Shown one piece after another: positions 18,935-28,080 of a DNA stretch of 64,000 bases. The notes beneath the pieces were generated by a model. It worked only from the letters and a program-made list of their open reading frames with translations. It did not search any database and was not told the DNA's origin. The stretch spans positions 8,299 to 72,298 of the forward strand of contig DITN01000100.1 of NCBI GenBank assembly GCA_002422865.1, read 5' to 3'. The DNA is from Bacteroidetes bacterium UBA6183 (GTDB lineage Bacteria > Bacteroidota > Bacteroidia > UKL13-3). The translations under genes and the position numbers were made by a program. Each line of letters opens with the position of its first letter. Positions within the stretch are counted from its first letter, which is position 1.

Positions 18935-18991
18935 TTTATGATTATATTTAGAAATTCTTGTGTTAAATTCACAATGATAAAATTAAACACT

Positions 18992-21370
18992 ATGAATAAA
19001 TTTCTTACAACATTATTACTCATTTTTGTTATAACCAATAGCAGTAATGCACAAATTTTTAAATATTATCAGGCAAAAGGTGCACCTAAGTTTATTAAAA
19101 ATGGTACGCAAAACGACACCTTATTAAATCCCTTTGCGGGTGGTTTAAATACACCGCAGTTCAGTAATATTGATTGGAATAATGATGGTAAGCAAGATTT
19201 ATTCGTATTTGATAAGGAGTCGTTAAAACCATTAGCTTTTGTCTATAATGTTTCACTCAATAAGTTTGTACATGCGCCAGAATATGAAGGTGCTTTTTCA
19301 AATTATTTCGGAGGCTGGGCATTGTTAAAAGATTATAACTTTGATGGAAAACCTGATTTATATACCTCCTCAGTTTCATATAATAAAATCTCGCTTTCGC
19401 CATTTATTCCTTCAGAGAAAATACAACTTTTTGTGAATACAACTACACCCGGTGGTAAAACTACGTTTAAGCAGTACAGTAATGTACTATTTGATACAGG
19501 AATGTATGTTGGTCCTCCCTACAATCAATATTTAAGCGCGGGAGAGTTGGTGGCTGTTTCTAATGCAATGCCTGCCATTGATGATTTGGATGGAGACGGG
19601 GATGAAGATATTATATCCAACCAAGGCGTAAATACTACCTTTTGGTATTATGAAAACTTTAAAAAGAACAAATTCAATACTCCTTTTTCTAACGATACCA
19701 CCATTTTTGTTCCTCGTGATCAATGTTGGGGTTTTATGAACTACGATTTTATGAATCATTCTTTTGCTTTAGGATTCAGACGCGACCAAGGTTCTCAATG
19801 TGATTATAACATGTGGGGTAAAAGAAAGCATGCAGATCAAACCACATTGATGATTGATATAAATGGAGATGGGATTAAAGATGTTGTTTTTGGCGATTCG
19901 GAATTTAAAAGTTTAATCGCACTCATTAACGGGCGTCTACAAAATAGCCGTCAAATTGATTCAATTATAGTTCAAGACACTTTGTTTTTGTCGAATACAA
20001 ATGTTAGAAAAAACTTTATAGAGTATCCAGCAGCATACTATGTAGATGTTAATGCTGATGGTAAAAAGGAGCTATTGGTAACCACAAATAAAAATATGGC
20101 ATCAAAATCTGTTAATAATATATGGGTTCATGATGCAACACGTGTTAATAGCAATTTACAATTTACGGCTAATCCCGGTAATGATTTTTTGTATAAAGAT
20201 ATGGTAGATCATGGTCTACGCTCGGTGCCTGTTTTTGTTGATATTGACAATGATGGTGATAAGGATTTGGTGGTAGCAACAAGTGGCGTATTGGAACAAA
20301 CGAGTAACAATAATGATAAGTTGTATTTGTACTTAAACATCACCGATTCTGTACGTCCGGTCTTTAAGTTAGCAGATTCAAACTTTGTTATTTCATCACT
20401 TGTAGGGCAAGGTTTTTTCTCAGCACATCCAACATTTGGAGATTTAAATGGAGACGGTAAACCTGATTTGTTAGTAGGGGAGGGGAATGGTAATGTGGCT
20501 TATTTTATCAATAACAGTATTGGTTCACAGTTTAACTTTACCTTAAATAACCGAAATGCATTTGGGTTAACCATTGGTACGTATTGTACCCCACAATTGT
20601 TTGATTTGGATAAAGATGGTTTACTTGATATTGTTAGCGGTGAAAGAAATGGTACGGTGAAGTTTTATAAAAACACGGGAACCAAACAGGTACCGTCATT
20701 TTCAAATACACCAACAATTGATAGTTTAGGCAAGGTACATTCGAGAGAAGTATATAAACCGCTAGGTTCCTCGCAAATGTTAGAACTAGTAGGCTATAGT
20801 GCGCCTCACATTACAGACTTAAATAATGACGGAGTTTACGAAATGTTACTCGGCTCAAATAATGGCAGGGTTGACTTGTATACCAATGTTGTGGCTCACC
20901 CGGACAGTGTAGCAATAATGAATAATAATGTTTACATTGATTTTAGCCTCGATGCCAATGCCGGATACAATAAAAAATTTGGCATGCGAAGTGCAGCTGC
21001 AACTGCTTATTTAAACGGAGATTCCATTCCTGATATTTTAATTGGTAACATTTCGGGAGGTTTGGTTTTTATGGGTTCTGATGTTGCACCGGTTAATAGT
21101 GTAAACGAAATGTTTATTGATAACAATGCATTTATGCTTTACCCTAACCCTACAGAAAGCATGGTTAATTTGATAATAAACAGAACAGCGTTTTCTGATA
21201 TTAATTACGTAGTGTATGACATATCAGGCAAAAAAATAATGGAAGGTAAGTTAGATAAAAATCAAACGGACGCTTCCATTAATGTTGGTGCTTTGAAAAC
21301 CGGTTTGTATTTGGTTCAGTTAACCAATAATCAATGGCAATCAACCCAAAGGTTAATGATAAATCACTAA
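18992..21370 (+). CDS. secreted FG-GAP / VCBS-repeat protein with a T9SS C-terminal sorting domain
   Basis: Signal peptide at the internal start 'MNKFLTTLLLIFVITNSSNAQ'. Repeated 'D.DGDG..D' calcium-binding FG-GAP motifs ('DLDGDGDEDI', 'FGDLNGDGKPDLLVGEGNGNVAYF', 'FDLDKDGLLDIVSGERNGTVKFYKN'). Sorting-domain tail 'MLYPNPTESMVNLIIN...LYLVQLT...QRLMINH'. Confidence 0.7.
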   Translation: MNKFLTTLLLIFVITNSSNAQIFKYYQAKGAPKFIKNGTQNDTLLNPFAGGLNTPQFSNIDWNNDGKQDLFVFDKESLKPLAFVYNVSLNKFVHAPEYEGAFSNYFGGWALLKDYNFDGKPDLYTSSVSYNKISLSPFIPSEKIQLFVNTTTPGGKTTFKQYSNVLFDTGMYVGPPYNQYLSAGELVAVSNAMPAIDDLDGDGDEDIISNQGVNTTFWYYENFKKNKFNTPFSNDTTIFVPRDQCWGFMNYDFMNHSFALGFRRDQGSQCDYNMWGKRKHADQTTLMIDINGDGIKDVVFGDSEFKSLIALINGRLQNSRQIDSIIVQDTLFLSNTNVRKNFIEYPAAYYVDVNADGKKELLVTTNKNMASKSVNNIWVHDATRVNSNLQFTANPGNDFLYKDMVDHGLRSVPVFVDIDNDGDKDLVVATSGVLEQTSNNNDKLYLYLNITDSVRPVFKLADSNFVISSLVGQGFFSAHPTFGDLNGDGKPDLLVGEGNGNVAYFINNSIGSQFNFTLNNRNAFGLTIGTYCTPQLFDLDKDGLLDIVSGERNGTVKFYKNTGTKQVPSFSNTPTIDSLGKVHSREVYKPLGSSQMLELVGYSAPHITDLNNDGVYEMLLGSNNGRVDLYTNVVAHPDSVAIMNNNVYIDFSLDANAGYNKKFGMRSAAATAYLNGDSIPDILIGNISGGLVFMGSDVAPVNSVNEMFIDNNAFMLYPNPTESMVNLIINRTAFSDINYVVYDISGKKIMEGKLDKNQTDASINVGALKTGLYLVQLTNNQWQSTQRLMINH

Positions 21371-21387
21371 ACACTTAACAAGAGTAA

Positions 21388-22236
21388 CTATTTAGTTGCT
21401 CTTGTTCTTTTAGCATTCATTGCTTTTAAATCTTTAGCAGTAAGCTTACATTTATCTGCTGCATCTTCTGCAAAATATACCAACTCTCCACTTGTTGATG
21501 TAACAATCTTGTTGCACCTTTTTTCATCTTTACTGTAAAAGAAAATAATGTTATCACTACTGTTCATGATAGCCTTGTATGTTTCATCTACTTCTACATC
21601 CTCAACCTCACCACCCCACAGTGTAGCAGCATCTTCTTTACCTTTTAAATCTAACGAACGCAGCGGTAATAACAATGTTTGGTCTAGTAAATTTGAGTTA
21701 GTAGGTGCGTTATCAGCAATGTAGTTTGTTGTTATCCCCTTGTCACCATCCGCCTCTATAGCTGAGTTTAAATAGTTATTCAACATTTGAACAGCACGGG
21801 TTAATTCTGGTCTCCAATCAGCGGTATCAATAAAGTTGCTACAAAAAGCACCTGCTACCAAATCTAATTTCAGCGCTTTTTTCTTAAACTTCCCCCCGGT
21901 TGTAATTAGCAAGCCATTAAAATCATCTTCGCAAGTCCCCAACTTTGCTTTTATTTTTGTACCCTTACTTTTGCTGAAATACAAGTAGCTGTATTCCGGT
22001 TTATTGTATGGTTTCATGGCCGAGTCGTATTCAAACAAAAAACCACCATTAAAAGTCCAATATTTTTCTACTGCCTCAATAATAGATGCGTTATAGGCAC
22101 TATCAGGTGATAGAACCACTACCAAACGAGTGTCTTTAAATTTTTCGATATCATCTTTCTTCTTTTTAAAACCAACTTGTGCAAAAGCGGTGGTAAAAGC
22201 GGCAAATGCCAAACTTAACAAAGCTGTTTTTTTCAT
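21388..22236 (-). CDS. secreted hypothetical protein
   Basis: 282 aa. Signal peptide 'MKKTALLSLAFAAFTTAFAQ'. No recognisable motifs. Confidence 0.45.
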   Translation of the reverse strand: MKKTALLSLAFAAFTTAFAQVGFKKKKDDIEKFKDTRLVVVLSPDSAYNASIIEAVEKYWTFNGGFLFEYDSAMKPYNKPEYSYLYFSKSKGTKIKAKLGTCEDDFNGLLITTGGKFKKKALKLDLVAGAFCSNFIDTADWRPELTRAVQMLNNYLNSAIEADGDKGITTNYIADNAPTNSNLLDQTLLLPLRSLDLKGKEDAATLWGGEVEDVEVDETYKAIMNSSDNIIFFYSKDEKRCNKIVTSTSGELVYFAEDAADKCKLTAKDLKAMNAKRTRATK

Positions 22237-22274
22237 AATGTTTTGCTTTATGTTTTTATTCGATACCCAAATAA

Positions 22275-22310
22275 AACAAAAAAGCAGCTCAAAACCGAAC
22301 TGCTTTTTAA
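22275..22310 (-). terminator. terminator of the ECF sigma gene
   Basis: 'aagcag' (22282-22287) pairs with 'ctgctt' (22300-22305). On the minus strand the hairpin is followed by TTTTTT. Confidence 0.45.
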
Positions 22311-22331
22311 ATTATGTTGTTAAAGTACTGT

Positions 22332-22862
22332 TTAAACGGCATTTTCAAGCCCGTATTGTCTGGCATAATCATTCAGTTGCTCTCTTAATTGTCTGCGGGC
22401 AACAAAAATTCTTGTTTTAACAGTTCCGATGGGTATGTGCAAAATCTCGGCAATTTCATGGTATTTAAATCCACGTGTGTTCATCGTGAAAGGTTTCTTC
22501 AAACTATCAGGTAAACCATCAATTGCTTGTTCTATATCATTTAACATAAACTTTTTTTCGGCTTCATTTTTCACCAATGGCGAAACAGAATCTAAATAAT
22601 AATCATTGTCAGTTTGGTCGATAAACGTATTACGTTTAACCATTCTGCGGTAATTATTGATAAAGGTGTTTTTCATGATGGTGTACAACCAACCTTTAAG
22701 GTTGGTGCCGTCAGTAAATTTATCACGATAAGTAATAGCTTTCAGCATGGTATCCTGAACTAAGTCGTTGGTATCTTCAACGTTTTTTGTCAGCTGATAA
22801 GCGTAGTGACGTAGTGATTGAGTTTCACGTTGTACTGTTTTTTTGAAATCTATACTTGTCAT
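22332..22862 (-). CDS. RNA polymerase ECF-type sigma-70 factor
   Basis: 176 aa. Region 2 'DLVQDTMLKAI..RDKF' and 'GWLYTIMKNTFINNYRR'. Region 4 'FKYHEIAEILHIPIGTVKTRIFVARRQLREQL'. Confidence 0.8.
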   Translation of the reverse strand: MTSIDFKKTVQRETQSLRHYAYQLTKNVEDTNDLVQDTMLKAITYRDKFTDGTNLKGWLYTIMKNTFINNYRRMVKRNTFIDQTDNDYYLDSVSPLVKNEAEKKFMLNDIEQAIDGLPDSLKKPFTMNTRGFKYHEIAEILHIPIGTVKTRIFVARRQLREQLNDYARQYGLENAV

Positions 22863-23156
22863 TTTGTTTATGTTTATTTCTTAATTGTTAAACAAATGTA
22901 TGGGGTGTGTTGCTCTAAAGCAAGTTTTTTGTTTATTTTTTTGGTAAAAAAGTTAAACGTTTTGTATATAGCTGTAAATCAGCGTATAAAAACACTTATT
23001 GTCTCGTTAAGTAATAGTTAACGGTAACTTTTGACTAACTTTTACTCCTTTGTTCACTTAATTTGTTTAACTTTAAAACAAAAAACTTATGTTTAAGGTT
23101 TGTAGTATAAGATTAGACAAGTATATAGTATGTGCAGTTTTGTTTAAGATAGGCTG

Positions 23157-23164
23157 TACATTTG
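23157..23164 (+). promoter_or_regulatory. candidate sigma-A -7 box (TAnnTTTG) for queD-folE
   Basis: 'TACATTTG' lies 20 bp upstream of the queD ATG at 23185, within a 320-bp divergent intergenic region. Confidence 0.3.
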
Positions 23165-23184
23165 TAGTTCGTTAAAAAATATAA

Positions 23185-23595
23185 ATGGAAATATCAGTAT
23201 CTCGTAAAGCACATTTTAATGCAGCGCATCGTTTGCACTTGCCACATTGGAGTGATGAGCAGAATAAATCTTATTTTGGAACATGCAACAACCCAAATTT
23301 CCACGGACACAATTACAATTTAATTGTTACTGTTACGGGAATGCTGAATGAGGAAACCGGATATTTGGTAGACCTAAAAGAATTGAGTAAGATAATAGAA
23401 GAGGAAATTGAAGATAGGTTTGATCATAAAAACCTGAATTTGGATACTGTTGAGTTTAAAGATTTGAATCCTACTGCCGAAAACATTGCAGTAGTTATTT
23501 GGAAACTTTTGCGCGCCAAAGTAGCCGCTGAACTAAGAATAAAAGTTACATTATATGAAACCGAAAGAAACTTTGTTGAATACACCGGAAACTAA
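23185..23595 (+). CDS. queD: 6-carboxy-5,6,7,8-tetrahydropterin synthase / 6-pyruvoyl-tetrahydropterin synthase family
   Basis: 136 aa. PTPS-family motif 'GTCNNPNFHGHNY' (Cys...HGH) and a C-terminal 'E..E...' region. Confidence 0.75.
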   Translation: MEISVSRKAHFNAAHRLHLPHWSDEQNKSYFGTCNNPNFHGHNYNLIVTVTGMLNEETGYLVDLKELSKIIEEEIEDRFDHKNLNLDTVEFKDLNPTAENIAVVIWKLLRAKVAAELRIKVTLYETERNFVEYTGN

Positions 23596-24250
23596 TCAGC
23601 ACCACGATCATGTTGGCGATTCGCATGCCTCATTTTCGTTGGAAACACCACTTAGAGCAGATGCTTTTGAGTTGGATGATGAACTCAAAATTGAGTTGAT
23701 AGAAAAGCACTTTAAAGAAATCATGCAAATTTTAGGGCTCGACTTGTCGGATGATAGCCTTAAGGGGACACCTCATCGTGTGGCCAAGATGTATGTTAAA
23801 GAGACTTTTTCAGGCTTAAATCCTGCAAATGCTCCTGAGGTGAAATTGTTTGAAAACAAATACCAATACAAAAACATGTTGGTAGAAAAATCAATCAGTT
23901 TTCATAGCCTTTGCGAACACCATTTTGTACCTATAGTTGGTAAAGCTCACGTGGCTTACATTCCAAACGGAAAGGTGGTTGGTTTAAGCAAACTAAATCG
24001 TATAGTTCGTTATTTTGCACGCAGACCACAAGTACAAGAGCGTATGACCATTCAGATTGCAAACATGCTTAAGGAAGCTTTAGGAACGAATGATGTAGCT
24101 GTTATAATAGAAGCAGATCACATGTGCGTAGCATCAAGAGGTGTGCAGGATGTTACCAGTAATACCATTACCAGTGAATACAGTGGAAAGTTTTTGGATG
24201 TAAAAACCAGAGAAGAGTTTATCAAATATATTTCACTGAACAATATGTAA
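23555..24250 (+). CDS. folE: GTP cyclohydrolase I
   Basis: 231 aa. 'GTPHRVAKMY', 'CEHHFVPIVGKAHVAYIP', 'SKLNRIV..FARRPQVQERMT' are FolE signatures. The ORF overlaps queD by 41 nt in a different frame. Confidence 0.85.
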   Translation: MKPKETLLNTPETNQHHDHVGDSHASFSLETPLRADAFELDDELKIELIEKHFKEIMQILGLDLSDDSLKGTPHRVAKMYVKETFSGLNPANAPEVKLFENKYQYKNMLVEKSISFHSLCEHHFVPIVGKAHVAYIPNGKVVGLSKLNRIVRYFARRPQVQERMTIQIANMLKEALGTNDVAVIIEADHMCVASRGVQDVTSNTITSEYSGKFLDVKTREEFIKYISLNNM

Positions 24251-24251
24251 G

Positions 24252-24280
24252 AAAAAAAGCGGGCTTGCCCGCTTTTTTTA
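24252..24280. terminator. bidirectional rho-independent terminator
   Basis: 'aaaaaaagcgggc' (stem 24258-24264), loop 'tt', 'gcccgct' (24267-24273), 'ttttttt'. Confidence 0.65.
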
Positions 24281-25657
24281 TGAGTTAAATTTTATCATCC
24301 GGTGGTTCGGGATTTTTTCCGGATTTAATAATTCTTTGATGAAATAGTTTTCTTTCATGGGCTTAATCAATTCTTTAAGGCTTTCTAAGCTATACATATC
24401 GGTGTCGTTGCCTATATAACCCATGCCATAAAACTTTCCTTCATCAATTAAAATACAACAAACATCCCCGGCATTAATACCTTTATCTATAATGGCGTAA
24501 CTTTCTTTTTTGGTAAGGTCTTTAATGGCTAAATAAACCCTTGAGTTATAACTTTCAAATGTTTCATTAAACTCGCAGGCTCCAATACAGCAACCGGCAA
24601 GCAAAGCCGCACAAGGTTCTTTATGTGAATTTATCATGCATAGTTTTGGGCACAAATTAAACTCTAAAACAAGTTTCTGTAAATGGTTAAATGCATCGGC
24701 CAATTTAGGGTAGGTATTGAGTGGCGTATTTCCTTTTCTTACCCTATCAACAGCCAAACGTAAATATCCTTTTTGGTCTTCATAGTCGTATATGGCATAA
24801 TTAAATTCTAAACTTTTTTGCGATTTATTATGCTTTGGCCAATGTTTTTTTATTTCGGTTGATTCAAGTATCAGTGCTTGTAACTCTGTGGCCACTACTT
24901 CGAATCCAATGTGAAAAATTTCCCTCAAAAAATCCTGTCGTTTGGCCGATATGTTGTTGCCGCTAAAATGTGAAAGCACACGCTTTTTGATATTGATGGC
25001 TTTACCAACATAAATAAGTTTGCCCTGCTCATCATAAAAATAATAAACACCGGGTGTTTCCGGTAAAGCATCAAACTCCTTACGCGGTAAGTTTGGAGGT
25101 AAAGTAGCTTCCTTTGATCCCTTTTTTAAAAAACTGTTGATGATACTTCTATCCTCGTCAATATGTAATGCACGCTCTAACACTTTTACGGTAGCTGCGG
25201 CATCACCATGCGCGCGGTGTCTGTTTTTTAATGGTATACCTAACGATTGACAGAGGTTACCTAAACTGTAGGATGAAAATCCCGGAAATACTTTTCGGCT
25301 TAACCTTACTGTACACAACTTTTTTACCTCTAACTCAAGTCCAACATGTTTAAGGTGATGTTTAATAAACGAATGGTCGAAGTTTACATTATGTGCCACA
25401 AAAATTTTATCGTGAAGCATTTCATATACCTTATCACTTACCATTTCAAAGCTTGGGGCATTTTCTACCATTTCGTTGGTTATGCCTGTATAACTCTCTA
25501 AAAAAGGAGGAATAGGTACACCGGGATTTATCAGTGTGGTGTAAGAATCAATTACACGTGTGCCATCATGTGTAAAAATTGCAATTTCGGTTATGCCGTT
25601 TTTATCAGCATGACCGCCTGTGGTTTCAATATCAACTATGGCAAACATATATGGCAA
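24278..25657 (-). CDS. DnaQ-like 3'-5' exonuclease fused to a GIY-YIG (Cho/UvrC-N-like) endonuclease domain
   Basis: 459 aa. DEDDh exonuclease motifs 'FAIVDIETTG', 'VAHNVNFDHSF', 'HRAHGDAAAT'. GIY-YIG motif 'PGVYYFYDEQGKLIYVGKAINIKKRVLSHF'. C-terminal Cys cluster 'CPKLCMINSHKEPCAALLAGCCIGAC'. Confidence 0.75.
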   Translation of the reverse strand: MPYMFAIVDIETTGGHADKNGITEIAIFTHDGTRVIDSYTTLINPGVPIPPFLESYTGITNEMVENAPSFEMVSDKVYEMLHDKIFVAHNVNFDHSFIKHHLKHVGLELEVKKLCTVRLSRKVFPGFSSYSLGNLCQSLGIPLKNRHRAHGDAAATVKVLERALHIDEDRSIINSFLKKGSKEATLPPNLPRKEFDALPETPGVYYFYDEQGKLIYVGKAINIKKRVLSHFSGNNISAKRQDFLREIFHIGFEVVATELQALILESTEIKKHWPKHNKSQKSLEFNYAIYDYEDQKGYLRLAVDRVRKGNTPLNTYPKLADAFNHLQKLVLEFNLCPKLCMINSHKEPCAALLAGCCIGACEFNETFESYNSRVYLAIKDLTKKESYAIIDKGINAGDVCCILIDEGKFYGMGYIGNDTDMYSLESLKELIKPMKENYFIKELLNPEKIPNHRMIKFNS

Positions 25658-25689
25658 AGGTAACGGCTAGATTGTAATCAAAATGCTAA

Positions 25690-26220
25690 TTATTTTAGTA
25701 ATTTATAGTGCATTTGTACAAGCCCTTTAGGGTAGCTATTTGCACTTATTAGCGATAAACGTTGCATGTTAAAACCATTATTAAACAAGCGTATGCCATC
25801 ACCAAGTAAAACCGGAATTACTGATAAAGTTATTTCGTCAATCAAGTTGTGTTGAAGTAACAAGTGAATTACTTGTGCGCCTCCATCACAAAAAATGGTT
25901 TTTCCATCTTGTTGTTTCAATTCATCAACCAATGTTTTTAAATCACCGGTATAAAAATTTATTAAACCTTGTGTGGGTTGTGGTGTGCGTGTAATGATGT
26001 ATGTTTTTTTATCGGCATAAGGAAATTGAATCCCCATACTCATTACCTTATCATAAGTTTTTCTTCCTAGTATTACGGTGTCTACATCTTTGGTAAACTC
26101 GGCATAACCGTAATCTTCTCCTTCTTGTTCAACTACTGATAAAAAAGACAAATCATCATTGGGTCCGGCAATGTATCCATCAACACTTGCGGCAATAAAT
26201 AGTGCTAGTTTTCTGCTCAT
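25690..26220 (-). CDS. dihydrofolate reductase-family protein (RibD C-terminal-like)
   Basis: 176 aa. 'KLALFIAASVDGYIAGPNDDLSFL...DTVILGRKTY' is typical of the DHFR/RibD_C fold. Confidence 0.7.
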   Translation of the reverse strand: MSRKLALFIAASVDGYIAGPNDDLSFLSVVEQEGEDYGYAEFTKDVDTVILGRKTYDKVMSMGIQFPYADKKTYIITRTPQPTQGLINFYTGDLKTLVDELKQQDGKTIFCDGGAQVIHLLLQHNLIDEITLSVIPVLLGDGIRLFNNGFNMQRLSLISANSYPKGLVQMHYKLLK

Positions 26221-26223
26221 CGT

Positions 26224-26730
26224 TTAGGTGTTTTTTATTTCCAACATCAATTGTTTGTAATCTATTTTTCCTTTTACTTTTTTCAGGTGGTTTAAAATGC
26301 CTATCCCATTACGTATGCGTAAATCGGCCGATTTGGGTTTGGCAATCATGTACAACAAAGTACGTTGTTTGCCCGGAGTAAGTTTAAAAAACTCATCAGC
26401 ACCTTCTAAATCTTGTTCTAACAAAACAGCAAACTCTTCAGGCATGGGTAATCCAAACTCACTTTCGTCTTTCTCTAACTCAATCAATACCTCATCACCA
26501 TCATTTAGCTTTAGTTTTTTTCTTATTTGTTGGTTGATGTTAATGAAATAATTACCATCACCCAAAGGCATTAACGCAGCTTGAAATTGAATGGTTTTGT
26601 TGATGTTGGCAACAACTCTTCGGTTTGTTCCTTCAATAAATTGATTGGCAAATTTTTGAGGAATCACCACATGGAAATGCCACAAGTTACTGTTATACCG
26701 GTCTATTGTTGCTTTAATTGATTTAGGCAT
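26224..26730 (-). CDS. DUF1905-family hypothetical protein
   Basis: 168 aa. Composition and size match DUF1905/YdeI-type proteins. No catalytic motif. Confidence 0.45.
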   Translation of the reverse strand: MPKSIKATIDRYNSNLWHFHVVIPQKFANQFIEGTNRRVVANINKTIQFQAALMPLGDGNYFININQQIRKKLKLNDGDEVLIELEKDESEFGLPMPEEFAVLLEQDLEGADEFFKLTPGKQRTLLYMIAKPKSADLRIRNGIGILNHLKKVKGKIDYKQLMLEIKNT

Positions 26731-26740
26731 GATGCAATTA

Positions 26741-26775
26741 ACAAAAAAGCCTCATCTTATTAAAATGAGGCTTTA
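26741..26775 (-). terminator. terminator after pepP (the lspA-pepP unit)
   Basis: 'aagcctcat' (26747-26755), loop, 'atgaggctt' (26765-26773). On the minus strand the hairpin is followed by TTTTTT. Confidence 0.55.
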
Positions 26776-26780
26776 TATTA

Positions 26781-28073
26781 TTATGAATTCATGAGCGTTT
26801 CAATATGGTCGGCTTCAATAGGTATGTGTTCCATTAAATCGATGCAGCCATTGTTGGTAATTAATATTTCGTTTTCTAAACGAATACCAATTCCTTCTTT
26901 AGGAATGTAAATACCCGGTTCGCAACTAAACATCATGCCTGCTAGCATTGGTTCGTAGCGCATGCCTACATCATGCACATCTAATCCTAAAAAGTGAGAA
27001 GTGCCATGCATGTAATACTTTTTAAAGGCTGGCCATGCCGGGTTTTGATTTTTGATTTCATCCAAAGTCAGCAATTTCAAATCAACCAATTCTTTTTCCA
27101 TCACCTTGCAAACTTCGTTATGATACTCCATTAACAAAACACCCGGTTTAAGCATTTTTTTAGCTTCGTTCATTACACGTAAAACGGCATTATACACTTC
27201 TTTTTGACGAGGCGTAAATTTACCATTTATAGGAAAGGTACGTGTCATGTCACTGATGTAGTTACCGTAATCAGTACCTGTGTCTAACAATAATAAATCA
27301 CCATCTTTACAGGTGTCGGCATTATCAATATAATGTAATACACAAGCATTTTTACCGGCAGCAACAATTGGTGTAAAAGAGTGTCCGGCAGCTCCGTTGC
27401 GCACAAATTCGTGAATCACTTCTGCTTCAATTTCGTATTCTTTAACACCTGGTTTAACAAACTTAAGTACGCGGTTAAACATTTTGTTTGATATTTCAAC
27501 CGCATGTTTCATGTACTCAACTTCCATTGGCGATTTTACCGAACGTAAACGTTGCATAATAGGCGCAGCACGTTCGTATTTATGCAATGGAAAACGTTCG
27601 CGCATTTGTAATGCAAAGTTCAGGTCTTTGTATTTAACGGTGTTGCTTGCTCTATCGTTTTCGTTGGTGTTTAAGTAAACGTATTCGGCCATGTTAATTA
27701 CAGCGCGCATTAAACCGTCAAACTCATCATACCAAAACACATTTTTAATACCAGAAGCTGCTGTTGCTTCTTCTTTGGTGTATTTATGTCCGTCCCAAAC
27801 AGCAATGTGTTCATTGGTGCGTTTTACAAACAAAGCTTCGCGGTATGCTTCTACCGGGCAATCAGGAAACATTACAACAGCACATTCCTCTTGGTCAATT
27901 CCGGTTAACCAAAACATATCACTGTTTTGTTTGAAATTGTAAGTAGAGTCACCGTTGCGTGGCAATTCCTCGTTGCTGTGGAATATGGCTAACGATTTAG
28001 GTTTAAGTTGTGCGGTGAATCTTTTTCTATTCTCAACAAACAACTTTTGATCTATTAACTTATAACGTTTCAT
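26781..28073 (-). CDS. pepP: Xaa-Pro aminopeptidase (M24B family)
   Basis: M24 metal ligands in 'DLLLLDTGTDYGNYISDMTRTF', 'HGTSHFLGLDVHD', 'EPGIY' and 'IRLEN'. The start is placed at the internal ATG at 28071-28073 ('MKRYKL'), which leaves a 7-nt gap to lspA. The track start at 28133 would overlap lspA by 53 nt. Confidence 0.8.
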   Translation of the reverse strand: MKRYKLIDQKLFVENRKRFTAQLKPKSLAIFHSNEELPRNGDSTYNFKQNSDMFWLTGIDQEECAVVMFPDCPVEAYREALFVKRTNEHIAVWDGHKYTKEEATAASGIKNVFWYDEFDGLMRAVINMAEYVYLNTNENDRASNTVKYKDLNFALQMRERFPLHKYERAAPIMQRLRSVKSPMEVEYMKHAVEISNKMFNRVLKFVKPGVKEYEIEAEVIHEFVRNGAAGHSFTPIVAAGKNACVLHYIDNADTCKDGDLLLLDTGTDYGNYISDMTRTFPINGKFTPRQKEVYNAVLRVMNEAKKMLKPGVLLMEYHNEVCKVMEKELVDLKLLTLDEIKNQNPAWPAFKKYYMHGTSHFLGLDVHDVGMRYEPMLAGMMFSCEPGIYIPKEGIGIRLENEILITNNGCIDLMEHIPIEADHIETLMNS

Positions 28074-28080
28074 ATTGTAT

